Assembly (NCBI GenBank): GCA_002633005.1
Contig: NMRA01000045.1
Location: forward strand, 1,171,552-1,235,551
Direction: 5' to 3'
Length of the DNA stretch: 64,000 nt
DNA from: Phoronis australis
Taxonomy: Eukaryota; Animalia; Phoronida
The translations under genes were made by a program, and so were the position numbers. Below the pieces are notes generated by a model, which made no database searches, was not told the origin of the DNA, and saw nothing but the letters and a program-made list of their open reading frames with translations. Shown here piece by piece: positions 48,001 through 61,500 of the stretch; the stretch's first letter is position 1, and each line of letters begins with the position of its first letter.

Positions 48001-50239
48001 ATGTTGTGGCGTGATGGAATATTTCAAATAGTGGGACACTCTGCCATGAGAGGGACAATTGGAAACGAGTTCAATTTCCACTGTCAGCAACACAAAGCAT
48101 TGGATTGAATTTTGCTACAATGCAAAAATTTCATTTTTCATTTCATATGTAGGTAAATACTACAGATAACATTCCCTGCTCAGAAATCGGATAAAAAACA
48201 GGTAAAGATTGCACAAATGAATTACAGAAACGATTGAGAACAGTAACAATATATGCAAACACAAGCACACACACACCTAGCTATGCAAATAAGAGCAGTT
48301 TTTCGAAAGTTACGTAAACACACCTGTTAGTTGGCCTAAACTTTTCATTTATAATTGCAGAACAAACACGCATAAAGCACATGTCACTTCTTTCGCAAAA
48401 TACCGTAACACCAAAATATATGTTTTTGAAAAACTCCTGGAATGTATATTGGTAGGTTGTTGAAAGTGGTTCTAAGACTGGAGAAGAAGAACTATGAGAT
48501 GCCAGGCTATTGCCGGTACCTGGCCAGGGCAACGAGTCATTGCGTATAAAGAATGACCAATGTAATAGTCTGGTTTGTTGAGGTTTTGCCAGGAAATCTT
48601 AGATTGTTGTAGAACCATACCTTAACAGCCTTGTTTGATGAACAATAATAACAAAATGAAAATGAAGCAATAAAATTCGTCTTGATTCGATAACTACAAC
48701 TGTCGATCAAAACTCAATCCAGCAGACTGCCCGAAATGTACAGGGCAAACTCTCGTGGCTAGTCCTGGGGTTGCAAGCTCTAATAACAGAGTGCATTGGT
48801 CACGCACGGGAGTAGAGATTCCACAGCTAGAATTCTATGCTCTAAGCAAGTATAAAATATTAATGTGTAACTATTCCTTGAAATGATCGCGCTTTCCTTG
48901 CACTGAGCACAAGCCTGTTTCCTTACCGTCTCGTTTTCTTTTGTAGTAGGCTTTCACTTTGAAGTAACCAAACTGTGATAGGTTAATAACATCTGAACAG
49001 ACGTAAAACGTGGCAACATATATCTGTACAAAATAAGAAAATGGTATTTAATAATTAACTAAAAGAACCACAGCAACGCCATGCTCTGACAATGTCAGTG
49101 TGAAGAACAAATAGAGCATTGATAATTTTGAAAGACGGCGAAAGGAAAACTTTAGTGTTACACAACGACACTTGATTCGTATGTGTTTTAGTACTGGCAC
49201 AGTGAACTACAGCACAAATTCTTAAATTCATGAAAAAATAATGGCTTACATTGTTCATTTTTGAAAGACATTACTGCAAACATTAAACCATTCACCAAAT
49301 TCTATTTTACACTCTACTGTATTCACCTGGAAAGGCAATTGTTTTGATAACAAAGCACCAACCAAGTTACACCCATCACCCAGCATCCAGTTGATTAGCA
49401 TGAATGGTGACAGGGCGACATCTGGGATCCCCTGCCTGCAGTTCTCGTAGAGTTGGCTGGAATTGAAATACATTAAAATCTATTTTGACAATTCATGTTC
49501 CAAAGTATCAACGTCGACAATGACACTTTGGAAACTTAATCTCAGTTTTGTTAATACTCGTCTGGGAACACAGTACTTCAAAAACTTCGTGCCAATGCAG
49601 AAAGAAAAAATCTTTCGAAACTAAAACTCAGTACAGCATCCTGACCACAATCTGTTTTGATTGTCATAGCAACGAGTTTGGATTTTCCTACATCGAGCTT
49701 GGCTCACTTGCGTTAAGTTTGAAAAAACATTACAACATAGTGAAAAAATGAGGAACTAAGTCATTTGTTAACCAGTCCTAAATAGGGATTCAACAATTTT
49801 CACAAAATCTTATACATATTGACGTCGCTCTTTACACACAGATGTAACATTTTTCGATCATTTTATCTTTATTATTAGCTGCTCTTTGACAAATGGCATT
49901 TTCTGAATACATCTACCAAAAACTGAGCCCTCCAGTAAATGAAAACAAACACACTTGGTCCTTACATTTGGAGCACTGCATGAAAAGATCCTTTATACTT
50001 ATTTGTAAATGAAGTGGTGTAGTTTCGTATACTCACGGAAAAGCAGCCACTACCCAAGCTACAAGTGAAATGAGACCCAAGATGAGAGAGGCGTATCTCT
50101 GTTTATCCAGAGCACACTGGTGAAGCAGTGTGAACAGCCATGGTGCCACTCCATCCGTGCAATTTGTTTCGTTGTACGGTGGTACAATAACGGAACCATT
50201 TTCAGCCACCAGCTGGTGCACTAACACAGTAAAAGGCAT
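39038..50239 (-). CDS. SLC66A1: Lysosomal cationic amino-acid transporter SLC66A1/PQLC2 (PQ-loop), 329 aa
   Basis: Exons 50037-50239, 49327-49456, 48927-49023, 47155-47348, 41246-41332, 39779-39949, 39038-39145. PQ loops AFPQLYEN and ASRIPQIIKNFKRKCTEGLS, motifs GDGCNLVGA and MPWLVGSLG, and C-terminal dileucine ERTPLL. The start may extend upstream because the frame is open to the acceptor at 50263. Confidence 0.92.
39146..39778 (-). other. U12-type (minor spliceosome) GT-AG intron
   Basis: 5' site GTATCCTT. Branch point TTCCTTAAC (39165-39157) ends 11 nt before the exon, with no polypyrimidine tract. Confidence 0.9.
43981..45742. mobile_element. Tc1/mariner (pogo/Tc2-like) non-autonomous element, copy 1
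   Basis: Right end ...GGGCGCTTAATA...AAATACGG-TA. Colinear similarity over about 1.4 kb to 52839-54314. Confidence 0.7.
44645..44884. mobile_element. MITE (hAT5-like)
   Basis: CAGAGGCGGATCTAC...GTAGATCTGCCACTG with flanks ATATA / ATATT. Absent from the homologous copy at 52.8-54.3 kb. Confidence 0.75.
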
Positions 50240-51249
50240 AACAACGACGCTTTTCCGCCAACTCTGAAATTGTGAAGCCTAGTTACAAACAAATCATGCC
50301 GTCAGGTCTTGTTCCTCACCATTTTTATAGAACGGGTAAAAATGATGTCACACCCATGAACCCTTAACAAATTTGATGTATCAAAATGAGAGCTTTTCAG
50401 GGGTCAGTACCAGATATCAAAGGATTTTGTGATGTATACTCATCTACAAACTTTAACAGTTTGGTGGAGATCTGTGACATATTTTTTAGTTAATCCACCA
50501 GGGATCCATATGGGATGATCAAACGAACATTGAAACCAACATTACTCAGCAATTGAAACCAATACAGAAGCCATGCCATTGGGGAAAGCCGGTGGATAGT
50601 TGCATGTTCACTCACAATATAGGACTACCATGTACTTTTTATCATGTTAAAACTATACAAGGGCATTCCATCAATCATCTTTTATATATGCTCAGTAAAT
50701 TTCCAACATCTCTGAAAACACACAGCTTCTGAGCTTGTTTGTTTTGAACACTCTGAGCTTGTTTGTTTTGGACACTCAGTAAAATTCAGCTTGGGACAAT
50801 GGAAAACGAAAAAATTACTTTTCCTCAAGGATACAGCATTTCAGAAATAGGCAATATTGGCATTCCCAAATTCAAGAATTACGATCAACCACAAAGAATT
50901 ATTCGCTTCCATGTTACACGCTTTGAGGATACATTGAAACATTGAATCGACGCCTTTTGCTAACACGTTTTTTGTTCAGACTTTGTTGATACCCAATGCA
51001 GTATTTGAATCTTCAGTAAGAAAATTCAATTTCAGCAAAATATCGGGTTTTCTAAAAATTAACTAATCCAAAACTGGATACTTTTTAACAAATAAACACT
51101 CTTCTATAAGAGTCAGCCATTTGTGAACACAATGGTATACAAGATAACTTAAAACTGTGCCTACCACTCAATAGATCCACTCGCTGTGTTTCCTAATAAT
51201 CCCACACTGCAATTTGACATTGATGTCGAAGACAGTTAAACTTACTTAC

Positions 51250-51297
51250 CTTAAGTGTCCAAAGGTGAAACTTTAGCAGATTGAAGTAATAAGTGTT
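51250..51297 (-). other. Putative 48-nt upstream (5'UTR or N-terminal) exon of SLC66A1
   Basis: tttttttcag| acceptor and AAG|gtaagtaag donor. Open and in frame with the 50263 exon. Confidence 0.5.
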
Positions 51298-51721
51298 CTG
51301 AAAAAAAACAAACAAAATTTACATTTCACAAATTTGTAGGTAAGAGTTGGAAGAATAAGAAACTGAGGCCCGGTGTGAGAGTAACATGAAACATTGGCCT
51401 GACCAGGACAGGAGACAGGGTCCTCATTCCCCATTGAGTGGCTTCGAGTCCCACTGGGCTACACTGCTAGACGCAAAGCAGTAGGGTGAAGCAGTGGCGG
51501 ATCTAGGATATCACAAGGGGGGCCCAACATGTTTTCTGTAAGCATATGCACAAATCACGATTGCAGATGCGCACAGCACCGAATGGGGGGAGGTCGGTAG
51601 GGGGGTTTGCCCAGGAAAATTTTGTTTTTTCCTCTAAAAATCAAGCATTTTCCTTGATTCCTGAAGTATTATCAAAGAAAAAGGCAAAAAAACCCAAAAA
51701 AGTGTCAAACAGCAAAAATTT

Positions 51722-51790
51722 AAGGACCACAGACTCAAACTCACGACCTGCCGGATAGAGCGCACATGCTTTACCACTACATCACCACGA
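51722..51790 (-). mobile_element. tRNA-derived SINE head remnant
   Basis: On -: A-box-like TGATGTAGTGG and B-box-like GAGTTTGAGTC. A similar head lies on + at about 39482-39550. Confidence 0.35.
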
Positions 51791-52838
51791 TTTATCTCCT
51801 AACCTGATGCTAAGAGACCTACTTGTTTATGGTCCACAGCGTTTGCGCGCGAAACCTACTTCTTTTTGTAATGCTTATTACATGTTTTATATTTTGTGCA
51901 CTCAGTTCGCAATAAATTTGTTGTATTTAAAATAGTCTTCAAATGCCCAAAAGACCAAATCTGTTTTTCGTGTTGGCAATAATGACGGATTGCTTTGGAA
52001 AGTTAAGGTTTGACAAAGAGAGAATTATGAGTTTCTGAGTGATTCACTAAGGCTTCGATTAAAATTCACATCTTACCAACAGTTTCTGTTTTTTCATCGT
52101 CACTCAGATTCCATTTTCATTAAAAAATGAAGTAAATTTTCTTCATTCCACAGTGGAGCAGACGACGGAAACGGAGTCGTAGTGCGCAGCGCCATTGTTG
52201 TAGATTGATTGGAATACATTGACGAAACAATGATTAGTGTTTTGGCAATGTCATAAACAGGCAATTTCTAGGTTAAATGTCACTACTATAAGAAAACATG
52301 GGTGGCAATGGATGATTTTTGCATGTGAAGTAATCTGCAAAGAAAGTTCAAAGTTCATTTGACAAGTACATGTTGCTCTATGAAATACATCCGCTTCGCA
52401 CAAAGTCAACACATTGCCAAAACACCTAGTAAGCCACATTGAACGATCTTTTCGCAGCACGTGCTACACCGTTTGCTCACAATAGAATTGTGCAGGCCTA
52501 AGTTTTGGCTCCCTAACTCAAGAAAAAATTAGCAAAAAGGTTTGGGTCTGTTTTGGGAGAATTTCCGTGTAATAAACCATGGGTGGCGCACCATAGGGGG
52601 CTGAGGGGAGGCTATAGCTCCCACTTTTTTCAGTGCTAAGCCGCACATGGTCTATAGGTGGTGCACCACAGGGGGGGCTGAGGGGGCTTAAGCCCCACCA
52701 CTATTTTCAGTGCTGCACTGCCTATGTAAACGTGTATCCAGTCCCAGATTACTGAACCCAAAAGAGTGCCTTTTTGTGTATGGAAAATATAATGCACGAT
52801 TTCGCTGGTCACTCAGATTTAACTTTACTAGAGGTACA

Positions 52839-54314
52839 CCGTATTTGCCGTTATAACCGCCCATGCCCCCACGCCTTTTCAGACTTTGCTAAAATAAGCG
52901 CGTACGTGTACGTGCGAAAAATGTCTTACCTACAGTCCTAAAATTCTACAGTAACGTCTTCAATTTATCAATAGTCTCCGACAGTCCTGAAAAAAATCAT
53001 TGTGCGCAGAATTTGTAGACCACGAGCCACGCCATTATGTCGGTATTTAGCCATGACTATACACTTCAAACCTCCGCCATGCCTCAAAACGAACACAAAA
53101 GTTCTGCTGATATTGCGAGGACCAATGGTCTGGCCTTTCAGAACAGAAGTAGAGTACTTGTCTACGGGATTGCTTTGTAGATATTTCCCGCATTCAACAG
53201 GAATCCAAATTTCTTTGTAGGTCTACACGTGAATCGAAGACTAATAAACAGCTTGGCCAGTGTTAAAAGCACGTGGCCAGGAAGCACACGCTACATATAC
53301 GAACCTGTCATCAAAGGCATAAGTCGGAAACTATCCATTCATGAAACAGGTAGCATAGCATTGGCAAGAAATGTCAATATTGGCACTAATTTCCAACAGT
53401 TTCTCATAGTATAAAAATGTTTGCGTTATTTTTAAAATGAATTGTTTGATTCACCATAACTGGTGTTTTTAAGCCAAATATCCAATAAAATAACCACTGA
53501 GATTGAATGCTTTGACACCCTTACACCGAAAAATAACTGTCAGATAGTCAGGTACGCATCCAGCTACACGGAGACTAATATGGCCTTACTGAGACAAATG
53601 TCGAACATTTTTAGCACATGATATCGGCAAGTTCTGAATGAAGCACGCTCTGGTTTAGGCCTACTGCTTGTGCAAATTTCTTTAGATACAATGCACATCC
53701 AGTTCGTTAGATTGCATGGCTCTCAGCTCTGGCAAATAAACTCTGGTGACACGCACGCGCTCGCTTACTCACAAACGCTTACAACTTCAAAACAAACGTC
53801 ACATGACAACAACATGTGTGTTCCTCCAGACAATTTTCTCACGTTGCCAATCATACAAGTCATGTAGATGGCACATCAGATTTGTACTTATACCTACCGT
53901 GATCCCAACTCCACAGGAACTTAAAAATCTTAGGGACGCCAAACTTGGAAACTTAAGGAGGATTTCAGGTAATTTGCTGGAGTCGAAGCTGTATTTTTAT
54001 TCAAGCATTCAAGTCGCCATATCGACGATTGCGAGGCAGGCAGTCGGCAAGTTTTCGCCCTGGGATTTCAGCATAATTTTCTGTAAAATGATCGTAATTT
54101 AGCAGCAAAGTTTGATAGCAATGCACCATGGTTTTTTGTAGAAAGTCTTTCATAGATTACAGATACGTCACAGACCGTAAATATAATGAATCTTAGCTTC
54201 CGATTTCACCCGTTTCGGAGACCGGGTTTCAACGACCTTGGGTTATAATAAGCGCCCCCCTTGAAATGAACTTAAAACTCTAAGCGCCCTGGGCGGTTAT
54301 TACAGTGAATACGG
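52839..54314. mobile_element. Tc1/mariner (pogo/Tc2-like) non-autonomous element, copy 2
   Basis: Ends CCGTATTTGCCGTTATAACCGCCC / GGGCGGTTATTACAGTGAATACGG-TA. Homologous to 43981-45742. Confidence 0.75.
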
Positions 54315-54619
54315 TAACCTTAAATCGCAAATATAAACCTGTGACAGTTGTTTTTAGGGAAGGTTTTCAGCCATTGGAGATGAGGAGTGGCAATCACATA
54401 ATATGTTCGAATCAAAATTGAACTGGTATAATACCAAAAAGTCATTGGCGATATCACGCAAGCAACGTAACCCACCTTGCACATCACCAAGGTGCTTGCA
54501 AAGTATGGATTTCTCTAGTTTACCTTAAAATTGCGGGCTTTTTCTACCCGCTAGCAAATGTCCAAGAAAAAACATAAGTAACAAACATAATTAAAGCAAT
54601 AATATATTTTGCAACAACC

Positions 54620-54770
54620 CAGGGGCGGATTTTGAGTTAACGGGCGCCAGGGTAGAGTATTAGCCAGGATTTTGCCTGTCAAACACTTGCACCTTCGAAC
54701 TGCCAAATGGAATTTGGGAGAATTTTAAGGGGGCCATGGCCCCCTTGGCCCCCCTCTAAATCTGCCACTG
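54620..54770. mobile_element. MITE (hAT5-like, 5-bp TSD)
   Basis: CAGGGGCGGATTT...AAATCTGCCACTG with CAACC duplicated at 54615-54619 and 54771-54775. Confidence 0.8.
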
Positions 54771-55309
54771 CAACCTACCATCATCAGAGAGAGATGACAA
54801 TAAAAATCCCAGGAATGTATCACTTGACATTTGACAACAAACGTAAGTAAATTGCTTAGGCAAGAGATTAGAACAAGTCTGCAATTGTGAGGTATTATTT
54901 TCTACTTGAACGAAAATTTTGTTTTCCATTTACATTGACTGTGTGCATATATTTATATTTTGAATACAAGAATCATTTTCTCTCGCTTTCGGTCTTGTGT
55001 CCTTTGTATACCGGAATTAGTCCCCAGTCATGAGCAACTGCAAGAGCTGGTTGTCTGAAAACATCAGTGCGAATTAGCCAGTCTGTGCAACGCACTGCTA
55101 GTAATAAGCTGTCATGTTTGCTTCAGACGTCTTTCGCGTATACTGTTTCGAGTGGTAAACTAAGTCAGGATTATACTTGAAAACAATTAGTTATCTACGA
55201 AAATATGTAGCAAAGCAAGACAGTTCAGTGATGAAACACTAATCATGGGTAAGTCGGATACAGCGGTCCCTGATTTTGAGAACCAGGCAATCACAAAATC
55301 AGGAACTGC

Positions 55310-58300
55310 TATATCCGACCACAGGCGTCCTCAGCTTCTGATCGTTTCCAATCTAATTCTTTATTAGTACTCAGAACAAGGAATTCCACGGTTGCTTCAC
55401 TTCAGCCAGCCATATCAAACACAAAACACAATAAATTTACACAAAACAGGTTCAGCAACCACCATAAGCAATTTATTGTTCTTTCTTCTGATAGCATTTG
55501 CAGTGTCCTGCTTCAAGGGGTTCACATCAAATTCGCAGACAAAGCACAAAATTCTTCCCAAAAAGCTGTTGCATACTGTCAATGTGCGGGTACGGAATTA
55601 TCAGATGAGTTATGGATGGACGGCAATTACCGGTATATCACGGAAGGTTACGAATAAGTGTGGAGTTGATGTCGTGACCTTCCATGACAAATTGGTAATT
55701 TCTGTTTGGCTCACTGACAGTACGCAGTGGCTTTTTGGGAAGATTTTTGCGCTTTGACAGCAAATTTGTTGCTGGAGCAGGACACCGTAAGTCAGCCATT
55801 CTCAATGAATCGCGACAACTCAACACCTGAGAAACTTGATTTTCAAGTATCTTCGTCTGGAGCTAACGTATTATTTTTACTTAGTTTAACTTGTAAATAA
55901 TAAGTCAAGAACATTTTCGTCAGCTCAGGAAGTGTAGTTATAGATTTATTTTGTTGTTTTATTAGAGTGACTGGATAACTTACTTGAAAACTGAAAACGC
56001 GTCAGTTGGGTCAATTTTTACTGCAGTTTGTTATCATTGACAACAAACAATGTCATTGAGCAATTTTATCAATCAGCATGCTACTTTCTTGTGTTTTTCA
56101 TGGACATATAAAAATTAAACTTTTGAATTAAATTTTTGCTTGGCAGTTGTTTATAACGGTGTTTTATAAAAACAGGTGCCGTGGTGTTAGAACTTGTTTT
56201 AATCTTCATTAGCGAATATTGATCATTCAAAAACTGGTAGTAAGGTGATGACTAAAAAATTTTTAAGTGAACTTAAAGACATCTCGTAAATGACATAACA
56301 CGTCCCTTAAGTGAGGTCCAAGTGATATTATGACTTTGGCTATTATTTCTGACCACCAACACTTCAGGAAATAACTGGTATGAAATAATGACGGATAGTA
56401 TACATATTTAAGGCTATTTATTGTCACTTGAGCGAGTTAATGTAACTAATTACGTAATAAAAATGACAACAGATTTTAATTGAAGCTTCTATGTTGCACG
56501 AAGGCACGTGGAGAAATTTGTAACACAACTTACATGTAGCCCACATGTACTGGTAAATTTTTACATTTGTTGCACAACTGTGCCTGGCATCCAACACGTA
56601 ACAAGTCACGCCCCGTAAATGACGACTCAAGGTAATTCAATCAACGTTGACGATTAGTTTAAAGAATGCTAAGGTTAAAAACCTTTTAACGGCAATTTTA
56701 ACTCGGCTTTAAATGTCATTAGGAGAAATCAAAGTAGTCCAGCAATTCATCTGACACCTTGAATGCTCTGCGGCTCTTCCCAGTAAGTACGAGGTCCAGG
56801 ATGAGCTTCAGGACGTCATCTTTCCGTAACCAAATCCTGTTTGTTTCCTTCGGCCACATAAACTATCCACTCATTTCACTGTAAGATGTTGACTTCCACA
56901 GGCAACTTGTCATCATCTGTGTCCACCACTTGTCCGAGATATCGGGGACCTTCATATTTACAAACAACAAAATCACTTTCTTTTCACTTGTATCTCGACT
57001 TCCTTGGTCTCAGCTAACACTCTATTATTTTCTTGTCTTTCGACTTTTTGTACTTCTGTCACTTCTGACACTGGTACCAAATAACCCATATATTGTTTAA
57101 TTTCTCTTCTAAGCCATTCGTCCCCAAATTGTGCCTTTTTACTGGCTCTGTATTCCTTCATCCGCTGCGACTTGGATTTTGGCATTCTGCAACGTAAACC
57201 AAGGTGACAAACTTTAATCAATAACTATTAAATAAAATAAAAGATGTCATCAATATTTTTGAAATCTCAGCTGTATTAAGTCAATGTATTGTCATAGATA
57301 ATAATTTAGTTACTACTTAAAAATGAATTTAATTTGGGCGAACATGAAACAAATCACTTACGGGACACTGAATGTCACTTGCGTGACAATTTTTTACGAG
57401 AACTTACCAAGACCAACGTCAAGCAAATTCTAATCAAAGTATGTTTCACAGGAATAGCAATTCGTCACTTAGTACGTTAATAATAACCCTGAAACATGTG
57501 AATTAAGAGAGATTACTCAAAACTTACCCAAAAATTCTGCTGACTGTTTTACCAAGTATTCTCAGAGAGTATCAATGTCGGCTGAAACGCACATGCTTAT
57601 TCTTGAACAACTGAACTATATTTAGGTCTCTCACATGCTAAAAGTAGGTGAAATTTATTGGACATGACCTAATTAGAAAATTGTCGTCCCGTAAATGAAG
57701 ACTCGTAAATGATAAGCAACCAGTTTCAAAGGCCAACATTTTTCCTAAAAGTTCGCAAAAAACTTTCAAAACTGTGTATTGATTTAGCACATCATCATAC
57801 CTTTGTAGAGTTTTTTTAGTTTCGACATCTTCATTTTAATTAACACAATATTCTTGAGTTTATGCACGTCCCGTAAATGATTCTATAAAAATTCAGCAGT
57901 GCCATGCAACCAATTTCAGATCAGGCAAAGATTTTAAAAATAATGTCATTGTCGTTTTTCGTGTACAAATTATTGATCACGAATTCACGATAATATTTGT
58001 TGAAACATTTTTAACAAAAAAATGCCAGTGAGGTCTCGTAAATGATTTGTGATTTGGTTTCACTCAGTAAACATGGTGGTATCTAAAATTTATTTTTCGT
58101 TTATGAAAAACGTTGGCTTTCGCTTTGAAAATGTCTCGCTGAGTTTCCGAAACGCAATTATTTCGGTACGGAAATTGCCGGTTTGTCGCGTAAAGTCACG
58201 ATGTCGATAACTGTTACTCTACACTTAGCCGCCAGTAGAAAAACTACTGAGTGCTTCCGTAACTCACCGGCAATTTTCGTCACCGTCCTTGACCTCGAAC

Positions 58301-58590
58301 GGCCCATGATGAAAGTGTGAGGGGGCTTTTTGTGAACATTTTTGTTCTTTGACTGCGAATTTCTTACGAAGTCGCCGGAACAGGACACCGTGAATGGTAT
58401 TGGGAGAAAGAACAATTCTTCATGGTTTGTTGAACCTCTGTTTTGTGTAACTTTATTAAGTTTTGTATTTGCTATGGACGGCTGAAGTGAAGCACCCGTG
58501 GAATTTCTAGTCGGGAGTGCGTCATACCTTGCAGTATTATATGTAGTGTATTGGGGACGATCAGAAGCTGAGGACGCCTGCGGCCTGTGC
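55310..58590. repeat. Diverged inverted repeat pair (about 55310-55730 and about 58150-58590)
   Basis: caggcgtcctcagcttctgatcgt and gcttcacttcagcc...aaattcgcag match the reverse complement at 58300-58585. Confidence 0.75.
56740..57185 (-). pseudogene. Internally deleted DNA-transposase remnant (Sola2-like, tentative)
   Basis: N-terminal MPKSKSQRMKEYR...EWLRRE joined to C-terminal DFVVCKYEG.RYLGQV...FMWPKETNRIWLRKDDVL. Flanked by several (GT)CCCGTAAATGA-like subterminal motifs between 56285 and 58045. Confidence 0.45.
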
Positions 58591-61500
58591 CTGTGGACTC
58601 GACAGTCCAAAAATAATGTGTTGCTCTGTTTAGCAGAATAACACAGCACAACATACTAAAAATACAATACATACATTCAGACAGACGGTAGGAAAAATAA
58701 TCAATGTAAGGATGGCATGAAAAAATAAAAATCTTATTTTTTCCATAGCGAACCATGGTCAGGGACTGGTTATTCGACTTGAGCACCGCCACAGGTGAGG
58801 CAGAGATAAATGTGGACATTGGACACAGTCCCGTTGTCCTTGGGCCATTAGTTTCAACTAATACTAATAGTTTGTTTAATCTTAAAATTTCCAGTACTGT
58901 AGTTCCGTCTCTAGAAACCTAGGTAACTTACTTAATCACGTTTCAAAGAAGGATCTGATGATAAACTTTACGTTATCAGATTGCAGACAAACCTTGGTGA
59001 AGCAGCTGACATAATCCCGTGACTGCAAAATGGAAACCGCCACAAAAACATGACCTTTGACATCACGGTTTTTCACGACTGCAAGCGAGACGGAAATCTG
59101 TCTCCTTGTAGACTCCGGAACAAGGTATACTTGATTGAAATTTCGATAAAAAATCTGTAATCATCATTGGGTTCTGTGTGTGTTAAGTTTAAACATAATT
59201 CTTGAGTATTCTTTTAAGATGCATATTTTACCGAATATGATTAATATCTTTCTTTCTGTGTAGGAGAAAAGGCTTGGAAACAAGCTTCAAACTGGGTCCT
59301 ACCTAAGGACTTCGAATCTTCCCTTTCACGTTGCGATGTTACAAAGGGGAAGAACTAATCTGTCGCCGCCTGTAAATCAACATCATTCGAGAGCACCACA
59401 ACCGTATCCTTTATAGTGATGTAACGCGTCTAGGAAGCCGACATGACGCTATTTTCTGTCAGTATAGCTTGGTTGAAATTACGCCGGTACATGTGTGTCG
59501 CAGTTCCAAATAAAACCAAGATGGCAGACAGGGTGCCGACTAAGTCGGCGTGACGTGACACATATGTGAGTGTTAAAAACGTCTTTGAAACGAAATTTGT
59601 GTTAGGCTGTTTTCTCTTTGAATTTGTCATACCCCCAAGACAGTTTTCCAGTCTGTGAAAAATATATCTTCACTCAATTTTCTTGTAAATATGCCACTCA
59701 AATTTGAAATCTTGCACTTAGTTCACCGTTCACTCACTCTTGACTGCTTTGGTTAGTAACTGCTTTGTCATTTGCATTATTTTGATAACCCTCATTTGAT
59801 TTCAGTAGTAAACTTTGTCAAATATATTGATTGAACAGTTCACATTATGATTACCATTTGTTGATCATGACTAGACATCAACTTGTTACATTGGATTGTC
59901 ACTCAACTCCACAAGTACTTATGTTTTTTGGATTTTTTGCATTTCGCACCATTAGCCTATACTATAGGAGTTATCCTTTGTACAACAGAACTGTTTGTTG
60001 GAAAGGGTCTTCGTAGTTATTTAATTGTTTCCAATCCGACTATGAACATACATACTTGATACTATTTTCTGAATCCTCTAGTCACGGTGATTCCAAAAAT
60101 GTATTACTTGTTCTGATTGGTCCCTTCTTCGTATTCATGAATTCAGTGTTTTTCTAAGGCATTCATTTGCAACGCGGATTTAGTGAGGCAGCCATTTTTA
60201 AAAGTGCAACACTTTTCAGCAGGATTGATAACTAACAGTTAACCTATAATGAAGTAGGTTTGATGTAGAATATATTTCGGTGTTCGCCTATTTTAGCCTG
60301 CCAGTGATATTAGTTATCTTATTATCTAATTCCACTTGTTGGAATCAGTTTTTGTCTTTGAGACGATATATATCTGCCATGACACGAACCGAAATCATGT
60401 CTGAGATGTCAAGTGTTTTCGAGGACGACATGTGTCCGTGAGAACACGCACTCTGATGTTTTTCAAAAGAAAAAAAATTTGAAGAGGCAGCCCTTTAAAT
60501 GACTATTACTGTTTTCCTATTGGTTTTTCATCAGAGTTTCCCTAATGTGCCACGCGGTACCCTCAATATCCCAGCCAAGTTTGGAGTCGCAGTTTTATAA
60601 TGGCAGCCACCTGAGATCAGCTTACTAACAAATGATCACCTCAGAAAAACAGTGAATACATGTTTAAGATGAGCCTAAGTGGTAGAGTTTAAAATGTGTG
60701 GTACTATTCGAAGCTGTCTCTGATTTTTCTAACTAGACTATAAGAGAAAGAATAGCTTTTTATCTGAAGGAAGAAACTGTTGCCTCAGTGTTTCCAGACT
60801 GTAGTGCTCGATGCTTAGCTCAGTGCCAAGTTGCATTTGGCGAAAATCCCAGGTTACCAAACGAAATCGAAGGTCACCAAAAATCTATGGCGGCGCCTTA
60901 ATCAATTCCCAGGTTTCTTATCCGGGTGTTGAAAAAGTTTGTACATGGCCTTAGTGCCACCCAACTTCCCTGTAAATGCCTAAATGTAGGCATACCGCCA
61001 TTCTCTAACTCAGTTCCTCCCGCCAGCAAATGAACGCAGATGACTACAGTGGCTAGTGGTACAAATTTCAACGATCTTGCCTGATTTTTGCCGAACAGTT
61101 CCTACTTCTGTCTGTTTGCTTCCTCTCGTAATTTAAGGCAGGTGGATATAAAAAATAATTTTGTTTTTTACTTTTTTGTGTTAACCTATTAATCTTTAAT
61201 TCTTGATGCACAGTATAGTGAAAAAACAAAATCATTCTGAAAAATCCAAAGTTGTTTTTTAATTAGTTTGATCAATCTTCACTCACCAGCTCAGTGACTG
61301 ACATTTGGGGGGAGCTTATACAAGGATACTTGCTCTAATCTAGTTCTGTCAACAAACATCGCATAACCGGGTAATCGAGTGTGCTGTGCCAGCTGATATA
61401 GCTGTTGTAGCTTGAATAAAAAGTCCTATTTATGACGATATGGAAGTTGGTGGTGAAATGGTGAATTCCTGTTCCGAGCCTGAGCCCGTTTGATGGTCTG

